Shown: one piece after another, positions 29,201-38,152 of the stretch
Position numbering within the stretch: the first letter of the stretch is position 1
Layout: each line of letters opens with the position of its first letter
Origin: Gemmatimonadota bacterium
Lineage (GTDB): Bacteria; Latescibacterota; UBA2968; UBA8231
NCBI GenBank assembly: GCA_038128265.1
Contig: JAYPJE010000004.1
Span: 34,681 to 98,680, forward strand
Length of the DNA: 64,000 nucleotides
Direction: 5' to 3'
Made by a program: the position numbers and the translations under genes
The notes under the pieces: model-generated
Databases searched by the model: none
The model's input: the letters and a program-made list of their open reading frames with translations, nothing else
Told to the model about the DNA's origin: nothing

Positions 29201-29444
29201 GTTCTCCACCGATCACATGCAACCACCTGCTCCCGGCATGCAGCGCAGCTTCCTGCTCTACGCCAATGGCTTTGGCAAGGACATGGACTTCCACTCAGCC
29301 CATTCGCAGACGGTGGAGCCCCTGCCCTTTCACGGCATGTCCTCCTACCCCTATCCAGCCGAGGAGCGCTATCCACAGAGCGAGGCGCACTTGGACTATG
29401 TCGAAGAGTACAATACGCGCCGCGTGCGGGGCTACTACCGCTAG
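26235..29444 (+). CDS. Large lipoprotein: TPR + FG-GAP repeats + ASPIC/UnbV (CRTAC1-like) + C-terminal beta domain
   Basis: LGAC lipobox, TPRs, several DxDxDGDxD repeats and 'NRAGIGTKVEI..LLFGL..RILWPGG..SCP'. Confidence 0.85.
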   Translation: MAHSVVKAASALFYTLSIFALGACAPSPQTADGPGKHPPSRARWHNNQGVVYMDQHNYTRGRSEFEQAISIASDYAVAHANLGISLYSLGKYDSAATALQTALRHDDNLLQAHYTLGLIYNAQGKEHDNALQSLSAVASADPDDPHVRYYLGQVRAKLGQSEEAIADFKEAIRLDPYNVSAFYGMANAHRRLGNDSDWRAALEKFNELSQAGHQGVSSSYQGQGRYAEVVSDASGADLSVDDRNGPFAFADPERVGPTPLYATLIDGDGDGDADVLSGTPLTLYGRGRDAVELDPPAAPSSFALAVDLDNDERHEVVLCGATTELLHGPAPSQWTTMATLPAAQRAVAADVDHDGDLDLLLMGDQHHLMTNDGKASFNDVTDAASLGDQPPIQRAIFSDYDDDRDIDFYAISSEGLHLYSNNRDGTFSDVAASLGLTPSAPRAMAVEDVDQDGYMDLLVVSDDGSVTLWHNEGGTGFTRQSTTEAAGAMALLSADVDNDGDMDFWQLGDSGATLLAWHDGSLRAAERVLEGQKTYPALAADFDRDGRTDLWSAGSLVANRTQGGRWVRIALQGLNSNRAGIGTKVEIKTENRMQKREVRGNGNAEGELLFGLAENDSLEFVRILWPGGVRQTELATGAGQRLALKELDRKGTSCPILYAWNGERYQFVTDILGGGIIGYFIAPGQYYYPDSDEYVPLGAIETRNGHYSLKLANQLEEIIYIDALELVAVDHPADVAVYPNERLLSTPPYPEFALYPLADLRPPRDAVDHLGRRVLSDLQAIDDVWYDDFGLTDIHGYAQEYSLTLDLGDLSDVEHPVLLGYGWVDYAHSSSNWAAAQRDLSLAPPRIEAADGRGGWRLLSSDMGTPAGLPKHMLFDLRDAFVGDDYRVRITTNAAIYWDQFLVGAAQDSDLRVQRMRPSSADLSWRGYPAHTSINGTFAFRYHYDQLHLEAPWGTHGGAYTRLGPVDELVDAIDDRFVIMFHGDELSFEFSTDHMQPPAPGMQRSFLLYANGFGKDMDFHSAHSQTVEPLPFHGMSSYPYPAEERYPQSEAHLDYVEEYNTRRVRGYYR

Positions 29445-29471
29445 CCCAGCCGCGGCCTGAGGGCAACCGCA

Positions 29472-30407
29472 CTACGAGCTAACGTCCATGGCGCAGCGGA
29501 ACCCTATGTACTCCTGGTAGACCGTTGGGTTTGCCGAATGGCGCGCTGCGGCGCGAATATCCATGCGGTTGGTGTGGTAGCCGCCGCCGCGATACACCTT
29601 TATGCTACCTTCTGGCGGCCCCTGCGGATCCGATTCGGGACTGCGCGCATAGTATTTTTCTTCAAACCAATCGCTGACCCATTCTCCGACGTTGCCGCAC
29701 ATGTCCAACAGGCCAAATTCGCTCGCACCTTTGGGGTATTTGGTAACCGAAGTGGTCTTGCCTTCCGCATTCGCATAGTTGGCAAAGTCGGGCGTGCATT
29801 GCTTACCCCAGGGGTACTCGCGCTGCTCCGTCCCACGCGCCGCCCACTCCCATTCGGCTTCTGTCGGCAGGCGCTTGCCCACCCACTCTGCGTATACGCG
29901 CGCATCTTCCCACGAGACGTTTACCACCGGGTGATCGGCCTTCCCATTGGGAAAGGTGCCGTTTTGCCAGTGCACCGGCGTGCGGTGGCCCGCCACGTCA
30001 ACGAAATCCTTATACTGCATATTGGTCACTTCGTGGCGGTCTAAATAGAACGGTTTTAACCTCACCTTGTGCTCTGGATTTTCCTCCTCGTGACCCGGGG
30101 AGTTGCTGCCCATGCGCAGATCGCCGGCTGGCACGAGAACCATTTCGCGCTGGTTGAGCTTTTCCTGCAGTTCGCGCCGCTCTTCTTCCATGCCGTCAAT
30201 CCCATCTCGCAGGCCTTCTATCTGCCCGACCATATCCGCCCGACTCGATTCAGCTTCTGATATCTTGTCGTTAAATTCGCGTTTGCGGCTAGCCACCTGC
30301 TCGACGCCGGGCATGACGCGCATCAGCTTTTTTCGATAGTCTATGAAAATATGCACCCAGAGCAGAGCGCAGAGAGCAATACCCACTCCATACGTCCAGT
30401 CCTCCAT
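29472..30407 (-). CDS. Membrane-anchored coiled-coil + FGE/SUMF1-like (C-type lectin fold) domain protein
   Basis: N-terminal TM and ~65-aa coiled coil, then EVTN, PVVNVSWEDA, RLPTEAEWEWAARG, DMCGNVGEW, RGG and GFRC. The FGE catalytic Cys pair is absent. Confidence 0.88.
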   Translation of the reverse strand: MEDWTYGVGIALCALLWVHIFIDYRKKLMRVMPGVEQVASRKREFNDKISEAESSRADMVGQIEGLRDGIDGMEEERRELQEKLNQREMVLVPAGDLRMGSNSPGHEEENPEHKVRLKPFYLDRHEVTNMQYKDFVDVAGHRTPVHWQNGTFPNGKADHPVVNVSWEDARVYAEWVGKRLPTEAEWEWAARGTEQREYPWGKQCTPDFANYANAEGKTTSVTKYPKGASEFGLLDMCGNVGEWVSDWFEEKYYARSPESDPQGPPEGSIKVYRGGGYHTNRMDIRAAARHSANPTVYQEYIGFRCAMDVSS

Positions 30408-30422
30408 AGATCCTCCACTTTC

Positions 30423-30451
30423 TTGACATTTATCGAGCCCAAGGGGATATT
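30423..30451 (+). promoter_or_regulatory. sigma70-type promoter TTGACA-N17-GATATT
   Basis: Perfect -35 and 17-nt spacer, upstream of the PBP gene. Confidence 0.45.
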
Positions 30452-30478
30452 TAACGCCAACCTCGCCCAGTGGGATTC

Positions 30479-32587
30479 ATGGCAAAACGCATCGCCCTAT
30501 ATATAGTAGCGTTTTTTTCGTTTTTCGTACTGTGCCTCGTAGGCATCTATCTGTCGTTTAACGACAACCTGCCCGACATTGCAGCCTGGAGTTTCCAGCC
30601 GAAACGCATCACAAAAGTATACTCCGAAGACGGGCAACACCTGCAGGATTTCCTCGAGGAAAACCGCGAAATCCTCACCTATGAAGAAATTCCCAAATCC
30701 ATTTTAGACGCACTGATCTCCATCGAAGACCAGCGCTTTTTCTCCCATTGGGGCATCGATATTCGCCGCATTTTTGGCGCCGTGCTGGCCAATATTCGCT
30801 CCGTGAGTTTCACCGCGCAGGGCGCCAGTACCATCACACAACAGCTGGCGCGCAACGTCTTTGTCGAGGAGGTCGGCAACCAGCGCAGCAGTGCTTCGGT
30901 TGACGCAATCATCGCCACCTATGCCCGCAAAATTCGCGAGCAAATCACTGCTGTCTACATAGAGCGGCTCTACACAAAGCAAGAGATACTGACCATGTAT
31001 CTCAACAAAGTCTACTTTGGCCACGGCGCTCACGGCTTAAAAGCAGCCGCGCATTACTACTTTGATAAAGACGTGGCCGATCTCCAGGTCGAAGAGAGCG
31101 CCATGCTGGCCGGCCTGCTCAAAGCACCAAACGGCTATAGCCCCATTCGCCGGCCAGAGCGCGCCCTCAAACGACGCAACCAGGTGCTCTACAGCATGGT
31201 CGAAAACGGCAAACTGTCGCGCACGACCTACCAGACGCTGAGCAGGCAGCCCATCGCCACCCGCCTGCGCAGCCGAGCTGACACCTACGGCTTGGCGCCG
31301 TATTTCGTCGAACACGTCCGCCAGCAGCTGCAGCGCGAGTTTGGCTCCGCCATTTACAGCGAGGGCTTTGCCGTGCAAACAACGCTGGACTCGCGCCTGC
31401 AGCGCATTGCCGAAAAACACTATGCCAGCGAAGTGCGCCGCGTGCGCGACAACGTCAATAGCTACCTGGCGCGCCAGGACTCCTCGGAGGGCCTGCCCGA
31501 CTCGGCCGTAGTCCAGGCCGCTTTTGTGGCGATGGACCCACACACGGGCCGCATCCTCGCCATGATCGGCGGGCGCGATTTCAGCGAGAGCAAATTCAAT
31601 CGCGCCACCCAGGCCAAGCGCCAGCCCGGTTCCTCGTTCAAGCCCTTTGTCTACACGGCAGCCATCGATAACAACCGCTTCACTATTGACATTCTCGACG
31701 ACAACGCCATCACCCTGCACGACGAGACAACCGGCGAATTTTGGGATCCGGAAAACTACGATAAAAAATTCAAAGGCCCCATGACGCTGCGCGAAGGCTT
31801 TAAACAGTCGCGCAACTTGATCGCCCTTAAACTAGCCGACGAAATCGGCCCTCCGCTCATCCGACGCTACGCGCGCAATATGGGCATATCGACGCCCATT
31901 CGCGCCATTCCCTCTATTGGCATCGGCACCAGCGAAGTAAACCTACTGGATATGGTCGCCGCCTACTGCGTCTTTCCCAACAAAGGCATCTACGTCAAAC
32001 CCTTTTCCATCGCGCAGATTGAAGACAAGGACGGCAATGCCGTTTACCGCGTCGAAAGCGGAGCCAAACGGGAAGTACTGCGCCCGGCCGTGGCCGTTAT
32101 TATGACCGATATGATGCGCTCGACCATAGACGAAGTGGGCGGCACCGGTCGCGCCATTCGCACGCGCTACCGCTTTCGGCCGGCAGCCGGCGGTAAGACC
32201 GGCACGACCAATGACTATACCGATGCCTGGTTTATCGGTTTTACACCGCACCTTGTCGCCGGCGTATGGGTGGGCATTGACGATCCGAGCCTGCGCCTGT
32301 GGCCGCGGCAGGCCGGCGCAGCGGCCGCTCTGCCGCTGTGGGCGCAGTTTATGAAGGACGTATATGCGGAGGTCGAACCGTATAGGGGCCTTGCGGACGA
32401 TGAATTTGATTATCCAGACGAACTGATCGCGCGCCTGTCCATTTGCAACGAAACCCACAAACTGGCCACGCGCTTCTGCCCCGACCAGAGCGAGGACATC
32501 TTTATAGCGGATGAGGCGCCGCCGTCAGCATGCCCACTGCACGGTGGCAACCCGACGCCGGCACAGTCGCGCGTGCAGCGCTTTTAG
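30479..32587 (+). CDS. Class A penicillin-binding protein (PBP1A family)
   Basis: Glycosyltransferase motifs EDQRFFSHWG, GASTITQQLARN, RKIRE and YLNKVYFG; transpeptidase motifs SSFK, SRN and KTG. Confidence 0.95.
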   Translation: MAKRIALYIVAFFSFFVLCLVGIYLSFNDNLPDIAAWSFQPKRITKVYSEDGQHLQDFLEENREILTYEEIPKSILDALISIEDQRFFSHWGIDIRRIFGAVLANIRSVSFTAQGASTITQQLARNVFVEEVGNQRSSASVDAIIATYARKIREQITAVYIERLYTKQEILTMYLNKVYFGHGAHGLKAAAHYYFDKDVADLQVEESAMLAGLLKAPNGYSPIRRPERALKRRNQVLYSMVENGKLSRTTYQTLSRQPIATRLRSRADTYGLAPYFVEHVRQQLQREFGSAIYSEGFAVQTTLDSRLQRIAEKHYASEVRRVRDNVNSYLARQDSSEGLPDSAVVQAAFVAMDPHTGRILAMIGGRDFSESKFNRATQAKRQPGSSFKPFVYTAAIDNNRFTIDILDDNAITLHDETTGEFWDPENYDKKFKGPMTLREGFKQSRNLIALKLADEIGPPLIRRYARNMGISTPIRAIPSIGIGTSEVNLLDMVAAYCVFPNKGIYVKPFSIAQIEDKDGNAVYRVESGAKREVLRPAVAVIMTDMMRSTIDEVGGTGRAIRTRYRFRPAAGGKTGTTNDYTDAWFIGFTPHLVAGVWVGIDDPSLRLWPRQAGAAAALPLWAQFMKDVYAEVEPYRGLADDEFDYPDELIARLSICNETHKLATRFCPDQSEDIFIADEAPPSACPLHGGNPTPAQSRVQRF

Positions 32588-32892
32588 TCTTCCAGCTTAA
32601 ACTTGGTCGGCTTGCGCCGCCGCTCGCGCGCGCGGAATTGCTCGACCTTTTTCTGCACCTCGACGAGTTCCTTCTCCATCTCGGCAATTTCCTTCTGCAA
32701 ATTCTCGACTTCTTGCTTGGTCGAATTGGCAGCCGATTGCTCGCTTTCTATGCGCATCTCGCACTCGCGAATTTCCTGCCGTGCCAGCTCGGCCCGCGGT
32801 TTGAGGCCCGAAGAAGCATTCAGATAGTCGATAATAATCCAGACCAGAAAGCCCGCGGCGCCAACGGAAATTGCAATGTATACCCAGGCCAT
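32584..32892 (-). CDS. Small single-TM coiled-coil protein, paralogous to the N-terminus of 29472..30407
   Basis: TM followed by heptad-rich helix and basic tail; AAGGGGG RBS-like sequence; ungapped alignment to the FGE protein N-terminus. Confidence 0.75.
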   Translation of the reverse strand: MAWVYIAISVGAAGFLVWIIIDYLNASSGLKPRAELARQEIRECEMRIESEQSAANSTKQEVENLQKEIAEMEKELVEVQKKVEQFRARERRRKPTKFKLED

Positions 32893-32907
32893 GGCGGCCC
32901 CCTTTGG

Positions 32908-33486
32908 TTAACGGGGCAATTCCCGTATTATTTTCGTGATGCGCGCGGCAAAATCTGGGTTCATGCTGCCCATAATTTTGGCCATTTGCTGCGGCTGCAG
33001 CATCTTCATCAACGTCGCAACGGTGGTGTCGCTCAGCTCGGTTTCCTGTTGGAGAATATCCGCAGCGCGCTGCGCTTTGATCTTGTCGTAAAATGTCGCC
33101 AACTGGCGCAGGCTCGCCTCGCGCTCCTGCAGCGCGGACGAATCGGACTGAACGCCCAGCGCCTGTTCCCGAGCCAGTAGATCTTCCCGATCGCTCTCCA
33201 ACTTGACGCTCATCGCCGCCAGGCTCTCTTCTCGAGCGAAGGCCTGCTGATTCATCTCCTCGTAGCGCGTCTTATACTCTTCCGTCAGCACCGCCAATTC
33301 GGCCAGACGGTCCTCTTTCAGGCGAAACTCTTCGAAGATATCGGTCGAGTCCTGCTTGCCCAAGACGAATGAGACCAATTCCTCGGGTGTCTCCACCGTC
33401 TTCGTAAAGAAGAGCATGGCCACCAGGGCGGCACCAAACGAGAAAAACATGCCAACGATCAGCAGGGGAACCATTAAAAACTTCAC
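32908..33486 (-). CDS. MotE/FlbB/YlxF-like (MgtE N-domain) flagellar-associated protein
   Basis: N-terminal TM, coiled coil and C-terminal 'LATFYDKIKAQRAADIL..MAKIMGSMNPDFAARIT' repeats. Confidence 0.75.
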   Translation of the reverse strand: MKFLMVPLLIVGMFFSFGAALVAMLFFTKTVETPEELVSFVLGKQDSTDIFEEFRLKEDRLAELAVLTEEYKTRYEEMNQQAFAREESLAAMSVKLESDREDLLAREQALGVQSDSSALQEREASLRQLATFYDKIKAQRAADILQQETELSDTTVATLMKMLQPQQMAKIMGSMNPDFAARITKIIRELPR

Positions 33487-33516
33487 GCGTGACCTCGCTC
33501 GAGTTCTTCCGCTGGG

Positions 33517-35217
33517 TTACAAAATAAAAAAGATATAGACCAATCCCCCGATAATACTGGCAGAAAGGCCGCGCTCGACCACCTTATTATCGGCTTCAAT
33601 CACCGCGCGCTTTACTGCCTCGCCCCCCAATATATCGACGCTGCCGCCGGGCACCGAGTCTTCGTGATAGGAGCGGATTCTGCGCTCCCACTGCACCGTG
33701 CCGTGGCGCTGCTCGACTAGGCGCAGCACCAAATCGCCGTAGGCTGCGCGCTTTTTGTCCCTAGACAGCAGCGGCCAACCGCCCGCCGAGGAATAGACTA
33801 CGCGCGAACTCACCAGGCGGTAGTGTATAATCCCGGCGTGCTCACCCGGCTCGGGTGCGCGCACCATGAGCTGGTAGCCGCGCTTGCGCAGGATTTCGGC
33901 CAGCGCATCTTCAACAATCCAATTGGCATCGTTTTTGGCATCGGCCTCCAGGTAAATCGGCAACTCACCTTCCATTGGCAGCGCGCCCATTTGCTCCGCT
34001 AGGGCCAGCAAAAAGGACTCCGAGACCAGTTCGAGATCCGTGGGCCACGTCGACCGTTCGGCATCGCCCCGACCTTCCGACCAGGCCACGTCAACGGTCA
34101 TATCACCGGCCAGTGCAATGAATTCACTGCGCCCCGGCGGCCGAGCAAACGATCGCCAGCTAAACGGGCCCGGACGCTGCGGCGTCAGGCGCAACTCGAC
34201 CTGCACGTGCTGACCGGGCTCGATCGAGGCGAGATTTTCGACTATGACGACGCGCTGCCCGTCGCGGACGTCAATGCGCATACTGGCCGACTCTTCGACG
34301 AGCGCTACGTCGGCAAAGGCCGAGTTAATATCCAGCCGCAGCGCGTCCACGGGAATACTGTGCGCGCCTGTATTGCGCCAGCGAAAAGCGATCGCGCGCT
34401 CCTGTCCGACCTCGATAATTTCCCCATCCACTTCGGCCACTGGTAGGGGATCGACGCGCAGCGTCGCCGGTGCCAGTGCCACCGCTGGCATGCCTCCCAC
34501 GCTGGCGAGCGCACCGATTTCGATGGAACCAACCGCCTCGCTGCCGGCCGTCACTTCCATCTCCTCAACACTACTCAACCCGGGTGCCAATTCATCGGCG
34601 AACGAACCGCCATCGCGCACGGGCTGGATTTCCGGCGGCCACTGCCACTGCACTCCGCGCAGTGGGCGTCCCAAGTCATCTGCGTGCTCGACGTGCACCT
34701 CAATGCGCGCAGTTTCGCCCTGGTAGAGCTGCTCGGGTTTGATATGCCACGCGGTTTGCACGCCCGCTTCAACCCGCAGGAGGGTTTCTGAGCGATGCGC
34801 AGCCCCCTGCCCGGCAGAGGAAAAGATCGTCAATGACAGCGGCAGATCGCCGGCTTGGCGCAGCGTCTGCGCCTCGAGGTACAGCGTATCGACAAACGTT
34901 CCTACCAGCGGCTGGTCGGCATAGTCTATCTCCACGAGCCCCGCACCCAACCGGGCCGTCCCGTGCTGCGCCGTCGCCCCGCGCACGCTCAGATCGGCCG
35001 GCGCAAAACCGACCTGCGAACGCACAATGGCTTCGCCGTCGCCGACAAAGTACTGCAAATAGAGGCCTATGCGCTGTTCGGCACGGGCGGCCAGTGCCTC
35101 GTTAGCAGGGCGCATAACGGCCGTCGAGCGGGCCTGCACCTCACCTGAGAAAACCGTTATCAGCACGCCACAAAGGACCGGCAATGCCCTGGTTAATACC
35201 CCATTCATCGGTAGCAA
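33517..35217 (-). CDS. Hypothetical exported protein with Ig-like beta domains and C-terminal TM anchor
   Basis: Signal-peptide-like N-terminus (start 35217 or 35208), beta-rich repeats and a C-terminal hydrophobic helix GLSASIIGGLVYIFFIL. Confidence 0.65.
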   Translation of the reverse strand: MLPMNGVLTRALPVLCGVLITVFSGEVQARSTAVMRPANEALAARAEQRIGLYLQYFVGDGEAIVRSQVGFAPADLSVRGATAQHGTARLGAGLVEIDYADQPLVGTFVDTLYLEAQTLRQAGDLPLSLTIFSSAGQGAAHRSETLLRVEAGVQTAWHIKPEQLYQGETARIEVHVEHADDLGRPLRGVQWQWPPEIQPVRDGGSFADELAPGLSSVEEMEVTAGSEAVGSIEIGALASVGGMPAVALAPATLRVDPLPVAEVDGEIIEVGQERAIAFRWRNTGAHSIPVDALRLDINSAFADVALVEESASMRIDVRDGQRVVIVENLASIEPGQHVQVELRLTPQRPGPFSWRSFARPPGRSEFIALAGDMTVDVAWSEGRGDAERSTWPTDLELVSESFLLALAEQMGALPMEGELPIYLEADAKNDANWIVEDALAEILRKRGYQLMVRAPEPGEHAGIIHYRLVSSRVVYSSAGGWPLLSRDKKRAAYGDLVLRLVEQRHGTVQWERRIRSYHEDSVPGGSVDILGGEAVKRAVIEADNKVVERGLSASIIGGLVYIFFIL

Positions 35218-35443
35218 CTTCTGTCCACTTTGATCCTGAAAATAGAGCGGGAGGAAATCGACTGAAACTCTTTTAGCACTTAGACTTGCGTCAAAACAAC
35301 CTTAACATAAAAGGCCGTGACTGTCAAGGCGTTTCTACCGCATTTTACCCCACTTTTGGCTCGGTAAACTTGACTTTGAATACCCCTGCTCTGTAGGTTG
35401 TAGAGACGCGCGGTTTTCGCACCCTCTGAGCGACCGAAGGTTA

Positions 35444-36139
35444 ATGTTAGAAATACTCCTTTATCTCTTTCTTGCACTGATATTTGCCGTATTGGGCCTG
35501 CCCCTTTCACTCGCCCTGAATGCATATCGATCGCACCCGCAAGCCCCGCTGAACATAGAGATCGTCCTAGGGCTGTACCGGGCCATAATAGGCGTGGGAC
35601 TGCGCGTTCAACCAGAGCTCCTTGCCATACATATCTCTATTTTTAACAAATTGATACGCATTCCCCAGATCGCGCTCAAGCGCCAGCCCTCGTCCCGCCC
35701 ATCGGCTGCCTCCTCGCCCGAGCCCGACCATGCCGAGGAACCATCCGATGCCCACATCGCACCAGCAAACGCCACTCGCCCCCGCGGCGGCATGGACTGG
35801 CTGCGCATCGCCGCTGCACCGACCATCCACTTTGCCGGTCGCTTCCCGCGCGCATTCCGCCTCAACCACCTATCGGTGCGCGGCCGTCTGGGCTTGGACG
35901 ACCCCATGCAGACGGGAACGCTCTACGGCTACCAGCGCGCCCTTATGGCCTTGCCATTTAGGCGCCTGCGCTTAGACTTAGTGCCAGACTTTAGCAACCG
36001 CGGCTTCAGCGGTCGCGCCGAATTGGCCATCGGCATACACCTGGGCCGAATACTCTACCAAGCCCTGCGCTTTGCGCTGCACACCGGAGTGCGCTACGCC
36101 ATAATGCGCTACACGAATAGATCGCTTCGCATCTTTTAA
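35444..36139 (+). CDS. DUF2953 (YtfI-like) membrane protein
   Basis: N-terminal TM and 'GLDDPMQTGTLYG..PDF' DUF2953-type motif; lies directly upstream of a ytfJ-like gene. Confidence 0.7.
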   Translation: MLEILLYLFLALIFAVLGLPLSLALNAYRSHPQAPLNIEIVLGLYRAIIGVGLRVQPELLAIHISIFNKLIRIPQIALKRQPSSRPSAASSPEPDHAEEPSDAHIAPANATRPRGGMDWLRIAAAPTIHFAGRFPRAFRLNHLSVRGRLGLDDPMQTGTLYGYQRALMALPFRRLRLDLVPDFSNRGFSGRAELAIGIHLGRILYQALRFALHTGVRYAIMRYTNRSLRIF

Positions 36140-36153
36140 AAAGGCGGTACTGC

Positions 36154-36537
36154 ATGCCATCCGTAGAAAACCTCATCGAGCGCGTCATGGGCGAATTGCA
36201 CCGCATTGTGCAAACTGAAACCGTCATCGGCGAACCGGTGCAGGCCGGAGAGATGACCATTATTCCCGTTTCGAAAATCTCCTTTGGCTTCGCGGCCGGC
36301 GGCGGCCAGAACGACAAAGGCCAGAGCGGCACCGGCGGCGGCGCCAGCGTCGAGCCCATTGCCTTTTTGGTCATCGACGGGCACGGCAAAGTGCAGATTA
36401 TGACGCTCACCGACAAGGAGATTGGCTGGGGCCAGCTGGCAGAACTGGTGCCCGACGCGCTGGGTAAGATCAAGCGCTTCGTCGACAAAAAGCGCGGTGA
36501 CGGCAAAGAAGACGAGGGCGAAGAGCAGCCGGACTAG
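36154..36537 (+). CDS. ytfJ: YtfJ/GerW family protein
   Basis: 'TVIGEP..TIIPVSKISFGFAAGGG..GTGGGASVEPIAFLVI' is the family signature. Confidence 0.85.
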   Translation: MPSVENLIERVMGELHRIVQTETVIGEPVQAGEMTIIPVSKISFGFAAGGGQNDKGQSGTGGGASVEPIAFLVIDGHGKVQIMTLTDKEIGWGQLAELVPDALGKIKRFVDKKRGDGKEDEGEEQPD

Positions 36538-37061
36538 TGGTGATTCCCCTCCGTTGGAAAGAGGCGAAAACGCCCGTCCAGCAGTAGGTGCGTATACCAT
36601 CCCGCTATACACCCCACCAAATAGACGACGTGGCCCTCTATGAGGGCGTGCACGTTTTCCCAAGAAAATTCACCGATAAAGGCGTGGCGCGCCCGCCAGT
36701 ACTCGTAGGTTGCGCCGAGTAGAATCGACACGGCGAGCGGACTGATCTTCCAATGCGTCCAGCCCCGGTGGTGATCGAGCAGCGGCAGCAGCGAGAGGAT
36801 CGCTACCAGCGTTGCCAAATCGTAGCGCTCATTCCACCCCAAGTAGAGCAGGGCGGCAAATACGCAGCGGAAAAACCAGCGCTGCGGCACGGAGGCCGTG
36901 TCGAGATCGGGAAAGAGGGAGAAAAACGCCGTGGTTGCGCATACGCCGCCCCAGGTGACGTGATCGCCGGCTTCGATGTACGACAGCCGCATCGCCCCCT
37001 CGGCCACGCCGATGCCGACGGCAATTCCGCTTATCAGGTGGCCCCTAAAGTTCACCGGCAC
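36534..37061 (-). CDS. Membrane-bound metal-dependent hydrolase (YdjM/DUF457-like)
   Basis: Motifs H, PDLD, HRGWTH and HLLLD with TM segments. Confidence 0.8.
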   Translation of the reverse strand: MPVNFRGHLISGIAVGIGVAEGAMRLSYIEAGDHVTWGGVCATTAFFSLFPDLDTASVPQRWFFRCVFAALLYLGWNERYDLATLVAILSLLPLLDHHRGWTHWKISPLAVSILLGATYEYWRARHAFIGEFSWENVHALIEGHVVYLVGCIAGWYTHLLLDGRFRLFPTEGNHH

Positions 37062-37072
37062 ACCTTCCAGCC

Positions 37073-38152
37073 TCAGACGGCCGCGGCACGCGCAGGCCCG
37101 CTGTCAAACAGCTGTCCGCAGGCCGCGTCAATATCGCGCCCTCGACTCTCGCGCACGGTAAATTCCGCTCCCGCCCCTTCTAACCTGCGATAAAAGGCCT
37201 GCAAACGCCGCTGCGAGGGACGGCGAAACGGCCCCCCGTCTGCCAGCTCGTTATAAGGTATCAGATTGATTTTACAGGGGATATCGCTTGTTAATTCGGC
37301 TAGGCGGACGGCGTCTTCGTCCCCGTCCGTCACCCCATCCATCAACACGTATTCAAAAGTGACACCGTAGCCGCGCAGCTGGTAAAATTCGCGCGCCACC
37401 TCGAGCAGGTCGGCTATTTTGAAACGGCGATTTATGGGCATGAGCTGCGCGCGCACATCGTCCGTCGTCGCGTTGAGCGATATGGCCAACCCGACGTTGA
37501 GGTCTTCCCGAGCCAGCTTGCGGATGCCCGGAACATAGCCGGCCGTCGAAACGGTTATACGCCGTCCGCCCAGCGCCAAACCCGCTTCCAAACGCATCAG
37601 CTGCAGGGCGCGCACTACGGCGTCGTAGTTGAGCAGCGGCTCGCCCATGCCCATCAGAACGACGTTGGTAACGCGCTCGTTGCGCGCTTGCGCATACGCC
37701 GATACCTGGACGAGTTGGTCCAGTATCTCACCGGCGCGCAGGTTGCGCACCAGTCCCATGCGCCCCGTGGCGCAAAACGCGCAGTCGAGCGGACAGCCGA
37801 CCTGTGAGGAAATGCAGACCGTGCGCCGTGCGCCGTCTAGGATCAACACCGACTCAACGCGCTCCCCCGTTGCCAGCTCAAAGAGAAATTTGACAGCCTG
37901 CCCCGTCTGCGACGCACGGCAATCGACGGCGCGCAGCCGCGTGATATAGGCCACATTTTCCAGCGCCGCCCGAAAGGCCTTGGACAAGTTGGTCATTTCG
38001 TCGATGCGCTCCACCCCTTTGCCGTGCACCCAATCGACGATTTGACGGGCGCGGTATTCGGGCGCGCCCAACTCGGCGACGAGCGCCTCTATTTCGGCGG
38101 GGAACGCGCCCGTTAAATCAATGCGTTGCGCATCGACAGACTCGTTGTTCAT
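37073..38152 (-). CDS. rlmN: 23S rRNA m2A2503 / tRNA m2A37 radical-SAM methyltransferase
   Basis: Motifs CISSQVGCPLDCAFC, MGMGEPL, INLIPYN and DIDAACGQL. Confidence 0.95.
   Translation of the reverse strand: MNNESVDAQRIDLTGAFPAEIEALVAELGAPEYRARQIVDWVHGKGVERIDEMTNLSKAFRAALENVAYITRLRAVDCRASQTGQAVKFLFELATGERVESVLILDGARRTVCISSQVGCPLDCAFCATGRMGLVRNLRAGEILDQLVQVSAYAQARNERVTNVVLMGMGEPLLNYDAVVRALQLMRLEAGLALGGRRITVSTAGYVPGIRKLAREDLNVGLAISLNATTDDVRAQLMPINRRFKIADLLEVAREFYQLRGYGVTFEYVLMDGVTDGDEDAVRLAELTSDIPCKINLIPYNELADGGPFRRPSQRRLQAFYRRLEGAGAEFTVRESRGRDIDAACGQLFDSGPARAAAV

Noticed and set aside
29472..29600. FGE/C-lectin C-terminus as a diversity-generating retroelement variable region
   Set aside because: No reverse transcriptase and no second near-identical template repeat seen in the window.
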